From Spirulina sp. (lineage in GTDB: Bacteria > Cyanobacteriota > Cyanobacteriia > Phormidesmidales > Phormidesmidaceae), in assembly GCA_044070495.1 (NCBI GenBank), contig JBIPSI010000004.1, forward strand, positions 96,001 to 160,000: 64,000 nt of DNA. Reading direction: 5' to 3'. Below, piece by piece: positions 49,956-60,482 of this stretch (its first letter is position 1; every line of letters starts with the position of its first letter). The notes beneath the pieces were generated by a model that was given only the letters and a program-made list of their open reading frames with translations, did not search any database and was not told the DNA's origin. Made by a program: the position numbers and the translations under genes.

Positions 49956-51980
49956 ATGGCCAAGGCTTGGGTGACACAAATTTGGTGGCATGGGGTGTCC
50001 ATGGTAGTCGCCACGGTGGCGGTGATGCTGCTCCAGGGGATGGCTTTTTCCTCGCCTTGGCCTGCCTTAGCGAGGTTGGAGGGTTCTTCTTGGCCAGCGG
50101 CTCCGACTCAGGACAGGATTTCTGAACTGGTGATTGTAGATGGGAGCTTGCTCCAGGCTGATCTACCCCTCACCCTTGCACCCCATCAGCAACTCGTGGT
50201 TCTAGAGGCTGATCCCGATCACGCCCTAACGGCCATCGCCCAAGCCCTGCGTCCTTATCGCAACCTAGCTGCTGTGCACCTGATCGCCCACGGTCAGCCC
50301 GGACATCTCTACCTGGGGCATACCGATGTCGATAGCCCCTGGCTGCTCCAGCATCGCCCTGAGATCCAAACTTGGCGGCGTGCCCTACGACCCCAGGCCG
50401 ACCTGCTGATCTACGGTTGTGAAGTGGCCCAAGGAACCATCGGGGAGGATTTGCTAAACACTTGGCGCAGGGTGCTGCCCGTGGATGTGGCCGCCGCTGA
50501 TATTCCCATCGGCGGGGTAGCTTTAGGCGGAAGTAGCCAGCTTGAACAACGGCGGGGTTCCATCGAAACTGCTTCCCTGACGGGCCTAGATACCTGGCCC
50601 ATTCTGCTCAAGCAAATCACCGTCACCGCCGCCGCCGACCATGGCCCCGGCACCCTGCGAGAGGCCATCCTCCAGGCCAACCGCACCCCCGAAGACGACC
50701 GCATCTCCCTCGAAACCATCCACGACACCATCGCCCTCGCAGCCCCCCTGCCCCCCATCGCCGGAAACCTAGTTCTGGTGGGCAACGACGACACCGTGAT
50801 CAGCGGCGAAAAGCAACACCGCGTTTTGGTGGTCAATCAGGGAGAGGTCACCCTACAAAATTTAACTATCGCCAACGGGCTGGCCAGCGGCGATGACGGA
50901 CTAGACGGGACGGGCGGCAGCGCCGGACTGGGGGGCGGACTGCTGATCAACGACGGCACCGTTACCCTGTCCACCGTGCGGTTTGTCGATAACCAAGCCA
51001 TTGGCGGCACCAGTCTGCCCCGCCAAGACACCCAAGACACCGCCATTCGCCTAGAGAAGCAGCGCTACACCCTCAATCGGGGGGGCATTGCCGGAGTCAA
51101 CGGCATCGGCATCCATCAGGTCGGTACCTTGCCCGTGGCCCCCAATGGTCTCAGTATCGACGCCCTCGATAACCGAGTCAAGGCCAACCGGGGGGCGATG
51201 GCAGGGGTGAATGGCATTGGCGTGGGCGGCATTGGCACCATTGCCTTTGCGGGGGGCGGTGGCTTTGGCGGCCTGGGCAATGCAGGCAACGGCGGCAACG
51301 GCGGCGATGGCGGCACGGAGGGCGGCAACGGCGGCAACGGTGGCGATGGCGGCAACGGCGGCGTAGGAATCTTTGGCGGCAGCGGCCCCTGGGGCGACCT
51401 AGGAACCCTGGGTACAGCGGCCTTTAGCGGCGGCGGTGGCCTGGGCGGTGTGGGCAATGCGGGCAACGGCGGACGGGGAGGCAAGGCCGAAGCACCCACC
51501 GCCAGCGGCGGCAACGGCGGAGCTGGCGGCAACGGCGGCAATGGCGGCTTTGGCGGCGGCGGTGGGGCCGGGGGCCTTGGCGGCGAGGGCGGCTACTTTG
51601 GCATGGCTGGAAGCCCCGGCATTCCAGGCCAGGGCGGCTTTGGCGGCGGCGATGGGGCCGTGGGGCTGGGTGGCGGGGGCGGGGGCCTCGGTGGGGCCAT
51701 CTTCCTTAAGGCGGGGCGGCTGATCCTACACAACACCGTCTTTGAACACAACGAAGCCATCGGCGGCGATGGGGCCAACCTGGGCCAGGGCAAGGGCGGA
51801 GCGATTTTTGTTAAACCTCAGCCCCAGGTATCAGCCGCCAACCGCCGTCAACAGCCCACCCCCCAAGTCAGAGCCTTCGGCCCACCCCCCACCTTTCGCG
51901 ACAACCACGCCGCCGATGCCGATCAATCCCCCACCGACAACCCCGACCTCTACGGCCTGATCACCCTCAGCCGCCCCTAG
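49956..51980 (+). CDS. DUF4347 domain protein with glycine-rich repeat region
   Basis: VHLIAHG.PG, LLIYGCEVA, GTLREAI..AN, GGNGG repeats; start uncertain. Confidence 0.8.
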   Translation: MAKAWVTQIWWHGVSMVVATVAVMLLQGMAFSSPWPALARLEGSSWPAAPTQDRISELVIVDGSLLQADLPLTLAPHQQLVVLEADPDHALTAIAQALRPYRNLAAVHLIAHGQPGHLYLGHTDVDSPWLLQHRPEIQTWRRALRPQADLLIYGCEVAQGTIGEDLLNTWRRVLPVDVAAADIPIGGVALGGSSQLEQRRGSIETASLTGLDTWPILLKQITVTAAADHGPGTLREAILQANRTPEDDRISLETIHDTIALAAPLPPIAGNLVLVGNDDTVISGEKQHRVLVVNQGEVTLQNLTIANGLASGDDGLDGTGGSAGLGGGLLINDGTVTLSTVRFVDNQAIGGTSLPRQDTQDTAIRLEKQRYTLNRGGIAGVNGIGIHQVGTLPVAPNGLSIDALDNRVKANRGAMAGVNGIGVGGIGTIAFAGGGGFGGLGNAGNGGNGGDGGTEGGNGGNGGDGGNGGVGIFGGSGPWGDLGTLGTAAFSGGGGLGGVGNAGNGGRGGKAEAPTASGGNGGAGGNGGNGGFGGGGGAGGLGGEGGYFGMAGSPGIPGQGGFGGGDGAVGLGGGGGGLGGAIFLKAGRLILHNTVFEHNEAIGGDGANLGQGKGGAIFVKPQPQVSAANRRQQPTPQVRAFGPPPTFRDNHAADADQSPTDNPDLYGLITLSRP

Positions 51981-52117
51981 GCCCCCATCCTCCTAGCATC
52001 TACCCTGTCCAACCGTAGGGGCGAGGTCTCCTCGCCCGTCCAACGAGGTTTCCTCGCCCGCCTCAGTCGGGGACGATCAACCAGGATTTAGGAAAACCAG
52101 GTTAGGAAAACCAGGGT

Positions 52118-52861
52118 TCACAAAATCGTAATTTCAGTGGGTTGGGCCAGCTTGGTTTCGTAGTAGCGGCAGGCCCAATAGCCAACGCTGTAGATCAAGG
52201 TGGTGTCGGTGGCCACATCCACGGCTATCCCCAGGAGAGGGATCAGGTCAAAGAACCCTTGGCCCGCCTTCACCAGCCCCGCCGCCGAGGCCGAGAGCAG
52301 CCAGATGGTAAACACCTCCCCCCGTCGCTCGCTGTCTTCGGGGGAGTAGCCATAGATGGCGGCAATGCGGTAGATCATGTCGGCTTGCAGGGCGGCCAGA
52401 GCACCCAAATCTACCAGGGACAGCAACAGGGTGAGGGGTGGAGCTAGGCGAGTGAGGTGGGTGGCAAGGCTGACCCCGGCGGATTTGAGGCTGGTATCGG
52501 CCATCACCTGACGGGCGAGGGCGCGTTGACTGGCCTGGGGATAGGCGCGGCGCAGGTCATCCACCCCTTGGCGCACCTGGTTCACATCGACCTGGCCCAA
52601 GGCCGCCAGCAGCCATCGCCACCCCGGCACCAGCGTTAGGCCCTGAATGATGGGGTGGGTGGCCACGGGCGTGATGCCTTGGCCCACGGTGGCCGTCAGA
52701 GGCTCTAACCAGGGCTGACAGGGTGCCATCAGCCCATTGCCCACCTGGGCAGCGGCGGCATCCAGGGTTTCCACCATGCCTTGGGCTAAGGCCGCAAGGG
52801 TTTGCAGGGCTTCTTGGGTGGGATCGGATGCGGGGATATCGGAATTGGGGGACGAGGTCAC
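52118..52861 (-). CDS. EcsC-like hypothetical protein
   Basis: LQADMIYRIAAIYG...ERRGEV. Confidence 0.65.
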   Translation of the reverse strand: MTSSPNSDIPASDPTQEALQTLAALAQGMVETLDAAAAQVGNGLMAPCQPWLEPLTATVGQGITPVATHPIIQGLTLVPGWRWLLAALGQVDVNQVRQGVDDLRRAYPQASQRALARQVMADTSLKSAGVSLATHLTRLAPPLTLLLSLVDLGALAALQADMIYRIAAIYGYSPEDSERRGEVFTIWLLSASAAGLVKAGQGFFDLIPLLGIAVDVATDTTLIYSVGYWACRYYETKLAQPTEITIL

Positions 52862-52871
52862 AGAGATAGCC

Positions 52872-54674
52872 TCAACTGGCGGGGTAGACAGGGTCTTTGT
52901 CGATGAGAACGGGGGCTTGGTAGAGCAGGGCGGTGAAGGTCACCGTTGAACCCAAGCCCTCTCCCATACTAATAAAATGAACGGTGCCGCCCATGGCCTC
53001 CACCAAGCGCTGGGAAATGGCCAACCCCAGCCCCGTACCGCCATACTGACGGGTGCGCTCGCCATCCACCTGGCTAAAGGATTGAAACAGCCGATCCTGT
53101 TTTTCTAACGAAACACCAATGCCGGTGTCGATGACGCTGATCTTCACCGTCCCCGGCCAGGTGGTGCCTTGATACTCGGCCTTTTGGGACTTCACCTCGG
53201 CCTGGATGGTAATGCCCCCTTCGTGGGTAAATTTGACGGCGTTGCTCACCAGGTTCAGCAATACCTGGAGCAGCCGTTGATAGTTGCCGTTGATGGTGAT
53301 TTCGTCGCGGGTGGCGGGCAGCAAAATTTGAAAGGATAGCCCCTTTTGTTCCGCCAGGGGACGGGAGAAGTTTTCTACCCCCGCCAGCAGTTCCTTTAGG
53401 TTTACGGGCACCATGTCGATCTGCATTTTGCCCGCTTCAATTTTGGCAATGTCGAGGACATCGTTGATTAAATCCAGCAGGTGAATAGCGGATTTGTGGG
53501 CCTCTTGGATGAACTCCTCCTGTTCCTCCGGGTCGTCGGCCATACCATCGAGCACCAGCTTTAGAAAACCGATGATGCCATTTAGGGGGGTGCGCAGTTC
53601 GTGGGAGGTATTGGCTAGAAATTCGCTCTTCAGCCGTGAGGCTTCCTCCGCCTGCTGGCGGGCTTCCTCCGCTTGGCGACGGGCCTCCTGAAATTCTCGC
53701 TGCTTCTCTAGCAGGCTGGCGTTGGCCTGTTGAAGCTTGATGGCGAGGGCGTGGCTTTCGGCAAAGAGATGGGCGTGGGCCATGGCCGTCCCCACCTGAT
53801 CGGCCAGATCGGTAATCAACGCCAGTTCCACCTCCGTCCACTCGCGGGCAGCGGCGTCGTAGAGGAGGATAAACCCGTTGATCTGTCCCTGGTTGCGGGT
53901 CGCCACCGCCACCGTGCTCTGTCCTGGCGCATCGGGCGACTGAAACCGCACCGCCCCCGGAAACTGCGCGGCCTGCTCCAGGTACGGATATTCCGTGGGG
54001 GGGAGGGGTTGCCCTTGCCAGCGGGGCAGGCTGTGGTCGTTGAGGCATTCTGCAACCACCTGGAAGGGCTGCACCGTGGCGGGTACCACCAGGCAACGAC
54101 TAACCGCAAACAGGTCGCCCAGCCCTTCTACGGTCTGCTGCTGAATGATGTCTAGATCCAGCGTCCAGCGCACATTGCGGGTAATTTGGTTGAGCCGGGG
54201 GGAGTAGGTCTGAAGCTGAGCACAGAGCTGATCGGCCTGGGATAGGACGGTGCTGGTGGCAACCTGGGGGTAGCGATTGGGGTGTGACCGTGACCAGCCC
54301 GATGGAATGGCCCAATAGCCCACGGCACTAATTCCTAGGCGCTGCTGATCGGGGGTAAACAGGGGATGGAGCACCCAACGTACTTCAATGCTGTGGGCAC
54401 CGAGGGCAAACCGCCCAACCAAGGTGAGGGGAGCGGTCTGCTGCGCCAACGTAGCGAGGGCCTGGGGTAAGGCGGGTTCCTCAGCAAAGCAAACCACCTC
54501 AGACAGCAACCGCCCCACCCAGCTTTGGGGCAAGGTTGGAGGGAGGACCTCTGGCCCCAGGGTCTGCACCGCTTGAACCACCCCAACCGGACTCAGCAAC
54601 ACCACCCAAATGGCTGACTCTTCCCCTAGGCTAGGGACTGAATCGGCGGGCTGAGGCGTGGAATTAGCAGCCAT
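52872..54674 (-). CDS. GAF-HisKA-HATPase histidine kinase
   Basis: FLANTSHELRTPLN, NAVKFT, DTGIG, GGTGLGL. Confidence 0.93.
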   Translation of the reverse strand: MAANSTPQPADSVPSLGEESAIWVVLLSPVGVVQAVQTLGPEVLPPTLPQSWVGRLLSEVVCFAEEPALPQALATLAQQTAPLTLVGRFALGAHSIEVRWVLHPLFTPDQQRLGISAVGYWAIPSGWSRSHPNRYPQVATSTVLSQADQLCAQLQTYSPRLNQITRNVRWTLDLDIIQQQTVEGLGDLFAVSRCLVVPATVQPFQVVAECLNDHSLPRWQGQPLPPTEYPYLEQAAQFPGAVRFQSPDAPGQSTVAVATRNQGQINGFILLYDAAAREWTEVELALITDLADQVGTAMAHAHLFAESHALAIKLQQANASLLEKQREFQEARRQAEEARQQAEEASRLKSEFLANTSHELRTPLNGIIGFLKLVLDGMADDPEEQEEFIQEAHKSAIHLLDLINDVLDIAKIEAGKMQIDMVPVNLKELLAGVENFSRPLAEQKGLSFQILLPATRDEITINGNYQRLLQVLLNLVSNAVKFTHEGGITIQAEVKSQKAEYQGTTWPGTVKISVIDTGIGVSLEKQDRLFQSFSQVDGERTRQYGGTGLGLAISQRLVEAMGGTVHFISMGEGLGSTVTFTALLYQAPVLIDKDPVYPAS

Positions 54675-54708
54675 TAGACCATCAAAACGGGAGTCAGGAG
54701 CAGGGGGT

Positions 54709-54942
54709 TCAATCGTTCCATTCGCCCTTGGGGGGCACCGTAGGATTGCGGGGCAGGGTACGCACAAGGTCATCCTCAGAGCGGCGATCCCCTCGCAGCC
54801 ATTGCCGTAGGGCGACTTCAATCACCTTGGCGGGGTCGGAGGTGAGGTGTTTGACCTGATCCAGCAATTCTCGATCGAGCTGTACCGAAAGCTCTACCTT
54901 ATCGCCCTGGGGAGGGGCAGCGGGAGTCGCAACGTCTTCCAT
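54709..54942 (-). CDS. Small ribbon-helix-helix-like protein upstream of the kinase
   Basis: KVELSVQLDRELLDQV...VIEVALRQWL. Confidence 0.7.
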   Translation of the reverse strand: MEDVATPAAPPQGDKVELSVQLDRELLDQVKHLTSDPAKVIEVALRQWLRGDRRSEDDLVRTLPRNPTVPPKGEWND

Positions 54943-55178
54943 AGTTTTGTGTGTAGTGCCGTGGGCTGCAATCGCAATTCATTCTACTGCTTTCAGTTTA
55001 ATCCTTCTCTAGGGGCGGGTGGCAGTGGATGGAGAACCGGGGCGTCTGGGATAGCTTGAGTTAGCCCTGCCTGGGGAAGATATCGTCTCTGGAGAACGTT
55101 GGTTGGATAACCCATTACAATAGGTAAAGTCTTCCCAACGACCTTTTTAGCACCCTTTATCCCCCTGGTAAGCCTTTT

Positions 55179-56984
55179 ATGACAGAGGTTCCCGTCTCTC
55201 AGATTCGTAACTTTTCGATTATTGCCCACATCGACCACGGCAAATCGACCCTGGCGGATCGCCTATTGCAGCGCACCGGCACCGTCAGCGACCGCGAAAT
55301 GAAAGAGCAGTTCCTCGACAGCATGGATCTGGAACGGGAACGGGGCATCACCATCAAGCTCCAGGCCGCCCGCATGAACTACAAAGCCCAGGACGGCAAA
55401 GACTACATTCTTAACCTGATCGACACACCGGGCCACGTCGATTTTTCCTACGAAGTGTCCCGATCCCTAATTGCCTGCGAAGGGGCGCTGCTGGTGGTGG
55501 ATGCCTCCCAGGGCGTGGAGGCCCAAACCCTGGCCAACGTCTACCTGGCCCTAGAGAACGACCTGGAAATTATTCCCGTCCTCAACAAAATTGACCTGCC
55601 CGGTGCCGACCCAGAGCGCATCAAGGCCGAAATTGAGGAAATCATCGGCCTAGATTGCAGCGGCGCGATTCTGGCCTCGGCCAAGGAAGGGATCGGCATT
55701 GATGAGATTCTAGAATCCATCGTCTACCTGGTGCCGCCGCCCCAAGACACCGTGGATCAACCCCTGCGGGCGCTGATTTTTGACAGCTACTACGACCCCT
55801 ATCGCGGCGTGATCGTCTACTTCCGGGTGATGGATGGCAGCATTCGCCACAAGGATAAAGTGCGTCTGATGGCCTCCGGCAAAGAATACGAAATCGACGA
55901 ACTGGGCGTGTTGGCCCCCACCCAAATTAAAGTAGACGAACTCCATGCCGGGGAAGTGGGCTATTTCGCCGCCTCCATCAAGGCCGTTGAAGATGCCCGC
56001 GTGGGCGATACCATCACCCTGGTGCAAAACCCTGCCACCGAAGCCCTGCCCGGCTACGCCGAAGCTAAGCCCATGGTATTCTGTGGCCTCTTCCCCACCT
56101 CGTCCGACCAGTTTGAGGAACTGCGAGAAGCCCTGGAAAAACTGCGCCTCAGCGATGCCGCCCTACAGTACGAGCCGGAAACCTCCAGCGCCATGGGGTT
56201 TGGCTTCCGCTGCGGCTTCTTGGGCCTGCTGCACATGGAAATTGTACAGGAACGCCTAGAGCGGGAATACAACCTGGATCTGATCACCACCGCCCCTTCG
56301 GTAATCTACCGGGTCACCACCATCCAGGGCGAACTGCTGGAAATCGACAACCCCAGCACCCTACCCGACCCCCAGGCCCGCGAAAAAATCGAAGAACCCT
56401 ACGTCCAGCTCGACATGATTACCCCCGAAGAGTACGTGGGGACGCTGATGGAGCTGTGTCAGGGGCGGCGGGGCGAGTTCAAGGACATGAAATACCTGGC
56501 CCAGGGCCGCACGACGCTGATCTACGAAGTGCCCCTGGCCGAAGTGGTAACGGACTTTTTCGACCAAATGAAGTCCCGCACCAAGGGCTACGCCAGCATG
56601 GAATACCACCTGATTGGCTACCGGGAAAATCATCTGGTGCGGCTCGATATTCTAATCAACGGCGATCAGGTCGATTCCCTCGCCTCCATCGTCCACCGCG
56701 ACAAAGCCTACTACGTGGGCAAAGCCCTGGTGGAAAAACTCAAGGAACTGATCCCCCGCCACCAGTTCAAAATTCCCATCCAGGCCGCCATTGGTAGCCG
56801 CGTCGTCGCCAGCGAAAGCATCCCCGCCCTGCGCAAGGATGTGTTGGCCAAGTGCTACGGGGGCGACATTTCCCGGAAGAAAAAACTGCTGCAAAAGCAG
56901 GCTAAGGGTAAGAAGCGCCTGAAGGCCATCGGCACCGTGGATGTGCCCCAAGAAGCCTTCATGGCCGTCCTCAAGCTCTCCTAG
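55179..56984 (+). CDS. lepA: Elongation factor 4
   Basis: [34 protein letters not shown]. Confidence 0.98.
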   Translation: MTEVPVSQIRNFSIIAHIDHGKSTLADRLLQRTGTVSDREMKEQFLDSMDLERERGITIKLQAARMNYKAQDGKDYILNLIDTPGHVDFSYEVSRSLIACEGALLVVDASQGVEAQTLANVYLALENDLEIIPVLNKIDLPGADPERIKAEIEEIIGLDCSGAILASAKEGIGIDEILESIVYLVPPPQDTVDQPLRALIFDSYYDPYRGVIVYFRVMDGSIRHKDKVRLMASGKEYEIDELGVLAPTQIKVDELHAGEVGYFAASIKAVEDARVGDTITLVQNPATEALPGYAEAKPMVFCGLFPTSSDQFEELREALEKLRLSDAALQYEPETSSAMGFGFRCGFLGLLHMEIVQERLEREYNLDLITTAPSVIYRVTTIQGELLEIDNPSTLPDPQAREKIEEPYVQLDMITPEEYVGTLMELCQGRRGEFKDMKYLAQGRTTLIYEVPLAEVVTDFFDQMKSRTKGYASMEYHLIGYRENHLVRLDILINGDQVDSLASIVHRDKAYYVGKALVEKLKELIPRHQFKIPIQAAIGSRVVASESIPALRKDVLAKCYGGDISRKKKLLQKQAKGKKRLKAIGTVDVPQEAFMAVLKLS

Positions 56985-57001
56985 GCCCATCCCCTAGCCC
57001 T

Positions 57002-57030
57002 AAAAAAAGGGTGCAGACACGCTGCACCCT
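57002..57030 (-). terminator. Intrinsic terminator between convergent lepA and ssb-like gene
   Basis: AGGGTGCAG/CTGCACCCT stem with A-tract on the + strand (U-tract on -). Confidence 0.75.
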
Positions 57031-57080
57031 CGCTCTCGTCCACGGCGCTCTCTCCGTGGAAATCTGTGGATTACCTGGCC

Positions 57081-57467
57081 CTAAAACGTCTGTGCCGCAG
57101 TCGCCACAGGGGCCTCGGCGGTTTTGGGGCTAGAGTCCAAAAAGATGTCGTTGGCTTGCAATTTCAGGCCAGCCCGTGCCTGGGCATCGGTTTTGCTCAC
57201 GTAGGGGGAGGCGTCAATGGTACCGCTGGCAATGATGAGCGACCCCTTGCGAATGTGGGAGAGCTTGCGCCAAGCCGCTGATCCTTCCCACACGCTCACA
57301 TCTACCGTAAAGCTGTCGTTCTCCTTGCGGCTAGGGATGCGATCCACATAAATGGTTAGATTAGCGACCTGTAAACTGCCCCCGGCTTTGCGATCAATGC
57401 TGCGAACTTCTGGGTCTGCGGCCACATTACCGGCTAGGGTACAAAGATTTAAACCACGGCTGGACAT
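57081..57467 (-). CDS. Single-stranded DNA-binding protein family paralogue
   Basis: NLCTLAGNVAADPEVR, DVSVW, IRKGSLIIASG; short tail lacking an acidic tip. Confidence 0.8.
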   Translation of the reverse strand: MSSRGLNLCTLAGNVAADPEVRSIDRKAGGSLQVANLTIYVDRIPSRKENDSFTVDVSVWEGSAAWRKLSHIRKGSLIIASGTIDASPYVSKTDAQARAGLKLQANDIFLDSSPKTAEAPVATAAQTF

Positions 57468-57946
57468 AGGGAAAAACTCCTAACGGTTAAACATAACAAT
57501 GGCCATTGCAATGGCCCCTCCAACAACCAGATGACCTAGGTTGCCATCGTCTTAGACGTTAGGGTTTCCTTGTCGTTGACTCGGTGGCATGTGTATCCAT
57601 CGAGCCAACGCAGAGGTGAGATGCACCCTGGTCTAAATCCTCGTTGCTGAGAATAGATAACGAATCGGCAGGCCCATGCTGGTAGGCTCAATATGCACAG
57701 CCCCAGGGGCAAATTTACTAAGGGTAATCACTGAACTTTTCGATTTTCTAATTCCCCATGGGGCACATTACGGCTGATGGAGTCCCTTGGGGTATGGCTG
57801 GGGGAGCTTGCCGTCGCGACGGCAGCCTAGGATTGCGTCCTGCGGGTAAAGGTTCAATGTTCAATGATTTGGCTGAGGGGTGGATTCAGCGATGTACATG
57901 GGGCCGAGGCATTTTTCGTGTCGAAAGGACACTTAAGAAAGGACGC

Positions 57947-58660
57947 CTAAAAGGGGTCAAAAATATAGTTGTCGGCGCAGTGTTGGGCCTTGGCTTGGTC
58001 GGAGGGGTTGCGCACCGTCCAGGTAATCAGCGGTAGGTGAAAAGCGCACTTGGCCACTGTGGTCGATAGCTTGGGCAAGGAACGCAGGTCGTAGGCGATG
58101 AAGTGGGGCTGGCTAGCCCAGTTAAACAGTAGATTACTGTGGGCCATGGCCAGATGCCACGGCGCAGGATCCCAGCCCATTCCGCTGGAGAGTTGCCCCC
58201 GCCGGATGTGGGGAGCATGGTGCTTAAACCACTGCAAGGAGAGAGGATTGAAGGACTGCACCGCAAACTCGCCTTGGTAGTGGCTGAGGGTTTTGAGCAG
58301 GGCATGTTCTAGGGCACCCACGCGACCCTCGTTTTTAATTTCAATCAATACCGGCACCTGGCCTTGGATCAAATCCAGCGCCTCGGCGAGGGAGGGGATG
58401 GTTTGGTCGGTTTGGTAAAGATGGTACTGCTTTAGGCTGGTGAGGGTTTGGGCGTTGATGGTGCCTGGTTGCCCGGTGAGGCGGGTCAGGGTTTTGTCGT
58501 GAAACACCGCCAACTCACCATCGGCCAAAAGCTGGATATCCATCTCAATGGGATACCCCTGGGCAATGGCGTGCTCAAAGGCCCGCAGGGAGTTTTCCGG
58601 CACCGTTTGGCCTCGATGCAGGCCGCGATGGGCAATGGGTCGAGCGGTAATCCAGTCCAT
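57947..58660 (-). CDS. Glycerophosphodiester phosphodiesterase
   Basis: IAHRG, PENS, IEMD, FHD, IEIK, QSF. Confidence 0.9.
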   Translation of the reverse strand: MDWITARPIAHRGLHRGQTVPENSLRAFEHAIAQGYPIEMDIQLLADGELAVFHDKTLTRLTGQPGTINAQTLTSLKQYHLYQTDQTIPSLAEALDLIQGQVPVLIEIKNEGRVGALEHALLKTLSHYQGEFAVQSFNPLSLQWFKHHAPHIRRGQLSSGMGWDPAPWHLAMAHSNLLFNWASQPHFIAYDLRSLPKLSTTVAKCAFHLPLITWTVRNPSDQAKAQHCADNYIFDPF

Positions 58661-58972
58661 GGCTCAGCATTTTAGACCACAATTAAGACCACACTTTAGA
58701 CCACAGGATTCCCCAATCGGGTTAAGGAACCCTTGCCATTTTGGCTGGGAGCCTTAACCTAACCGTCCTGCCCTATCCATGGAAAGCACCACGGGGCCAG
58801 GAACAGGGCGATGTCGCCTGCCTCAAATTGAGGGAACCCCCCACGGTGTGTTTTAAGCTAGTATGGCCGACCCGTTGCGCCGTTGGACATGGGCCGCTGG
58901 TCTAGGTCACGACCGCCCCATTGCACAACCACCGATGGGACGACAACCCCAAACCCCCATTCTAAGGATTCG

Positions 58973-59959
58973 ATGGCCCTCTCTGAAGCGTTTACCCAAG
59001 ATCCATCCTCGGCCCAGGATCCATCCTCGGCTCCATTGGCCCAGCCGCCGCTACGGATTGTATCCCTGATTCCTAGCGCCACCGAAATTGTGGATGCCCT
59101 GGGATTGACCAAAAACTTGGTGGGTCGCAGCCACGAGTGCGACTATCCGCTAGCGGTGAAGGATCTGCCCGTTTGCACCGCCCCCAAGTTCGACCCCGTG
59201 GGCGACAGCGCCACCATTCACCAGCGCGTCACCGATCTGCTGACCTCGGCCCTCAGCGTCTATCGAGTCAACCTAGCGGTGCTGGAATCTCTGCAACCCA
59301 CCCACATCCTCACCCAGGCCCAGTGTGAGGTGTGCGCCGTTAGCCTGGGGGATGTGGAGGCAGCGGTGGCCAAACTCGTCCACAGCCAGCCCCAGATTCT
59401 TTCCCTATCGCCCAACCAGTTAGCCGATGTGTGGGCCGATATTGAGCGGGTGGGGCTGGCCCTGGGGGTAGCGTCTACGGCAACGGTGGTGGGCGACCTG
59501 CAAAACCGAATCCGGGATCTGGCGGATCGGGCGGCGGCCTGTGCGCCCCAACCCACGGTGACCTGCATTGAATGGACAGAACCCCTCATGGCCGCTGGCA
59601 ACTGGGTGCCGGAACTGGTGGCCATGGCGGGGGGTGTCTCGTTGTTTGGCACCGCCGGACAGCATTCGCCCTGGATCACCTGGGAGGATCTGGTGGCCGC
59701 TGACCCCGACAAAATCGTGATTATGCCCTGCGGCTACGACCTCGCCGTCACCCGTCGCGAAACGGAAGCGCTGACCCAGCATCCAGCCTGGGCCACCCTC
59801 AAAGCGGTGCGCCAGGGTGATGTGTATGTCGTCGATGGCAACCAGTATTTCAATCGACCTGGGCCACGCCTGGTGGAATCCCTAGAGATTTTGGCCGAAA
59901 TTTTCCATCCCAACACCTTTGCCCCCCAACACCAAAGCTCAGGCTGGGAACGTTGGTAA
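58973..59959 (+). CDS. BtuF-like (cobalamin-binding family) protein
   Basis: RIVSLIPSATEI, GRSHECDYP, YFNRPGPRL. Confidence 0.82.
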   Translation: MALSEAFTQDPSSAQDPSSAPLAQPPLRIVSLIPSATEIVDALGLTKNLVGRSHECDYPLAVKDLPVCTAPKFDPVGDSATIHQRVTDLLTSALSVYRVNLAVLESLQPTHILTQAQCEVCAVSLGDVEAAVAKLVHSQPQILSLSPNQLADVWADIERVGLALGVASTATVVGDLQNRIRDLADRAAACAPQPTVTCIEWTEPLMAAGNWVPELVAMAGGVSLFGTAGQHSPWITWEDLVAADPDKIVIMPCGYDLAVTRRETEALTQHPAWATLKAVRQGDVYVVDGNQYFNRPGPRLVESLEILAEIFHPNTFAPQHQSSGWERW

Positions 59960-60068
59960 TCCCCAACACCGACCCCAACAGCATGAAAGCCTTGACCGAA
60001 GACAACCTGCGGGCTTGCGGGCCATGCGGCAACGATGTATGGAACCCTGGCCTCTGATTTCCGTCGAA

Positions 60069-60482
60069 CTATGGCACCTGCAACCATTGCCGGACGTGGT
60101 GCAAAATTTGCTCGGCGGCGGCTAGGGCCGATTCAGCTTCCCGTTGGGTGAAGGCTTCCCCAGGGGTAAGTTCGGCCAGGGCATCGGGGTAGCGGGTGGG
60201 GATATAGAGCTTGTCCAGGGCGAGGGCGAGTTCTAGCAGCGGGGAGAACTGGGCGAGGGCGGGTTCTGGTAGATCGCGTAGGAGCCGGGTGCAGGAATGG
60301 CCCCAGGGATCGCCGTCGAGACTAATCCACACGGCCTTGAGGCTTTTTTCGGCGGATTGCTGGGCATAGAAACAGGCCTGGGCAAATTTCTTGGCCGCAA
60401 TCAACGCCTGGGCCGCTTCTAGGTCGTCCAAGCCCTGGCGATACCAGCGGATGGCTTCTTGGTGGAGTTTTTCGCGGCTCAT
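60069..60482 (-). CDS. HEPN domain protein
   Basis: QQSAEKSLKA, GHS, YIPTRYPD. Confidence 0.85.
   Translation of the reverse strand: MSREKLHQEAIRWYRQGLDDLEAAQALIAAKKFAQACFYAQQSAEKSLKAVWISLDGDPWGHSCTRLLRDLPEPALAQFSPLLELALALDKLYIPTRYPDALAELTPGEAFTQREAESALAAAEQILHHVRQWLQVP

Noticed and set aside
58700..58972. Cobalamin riboswitch before the BtuF-like gene
   Set aside because: No consensus elements recognised
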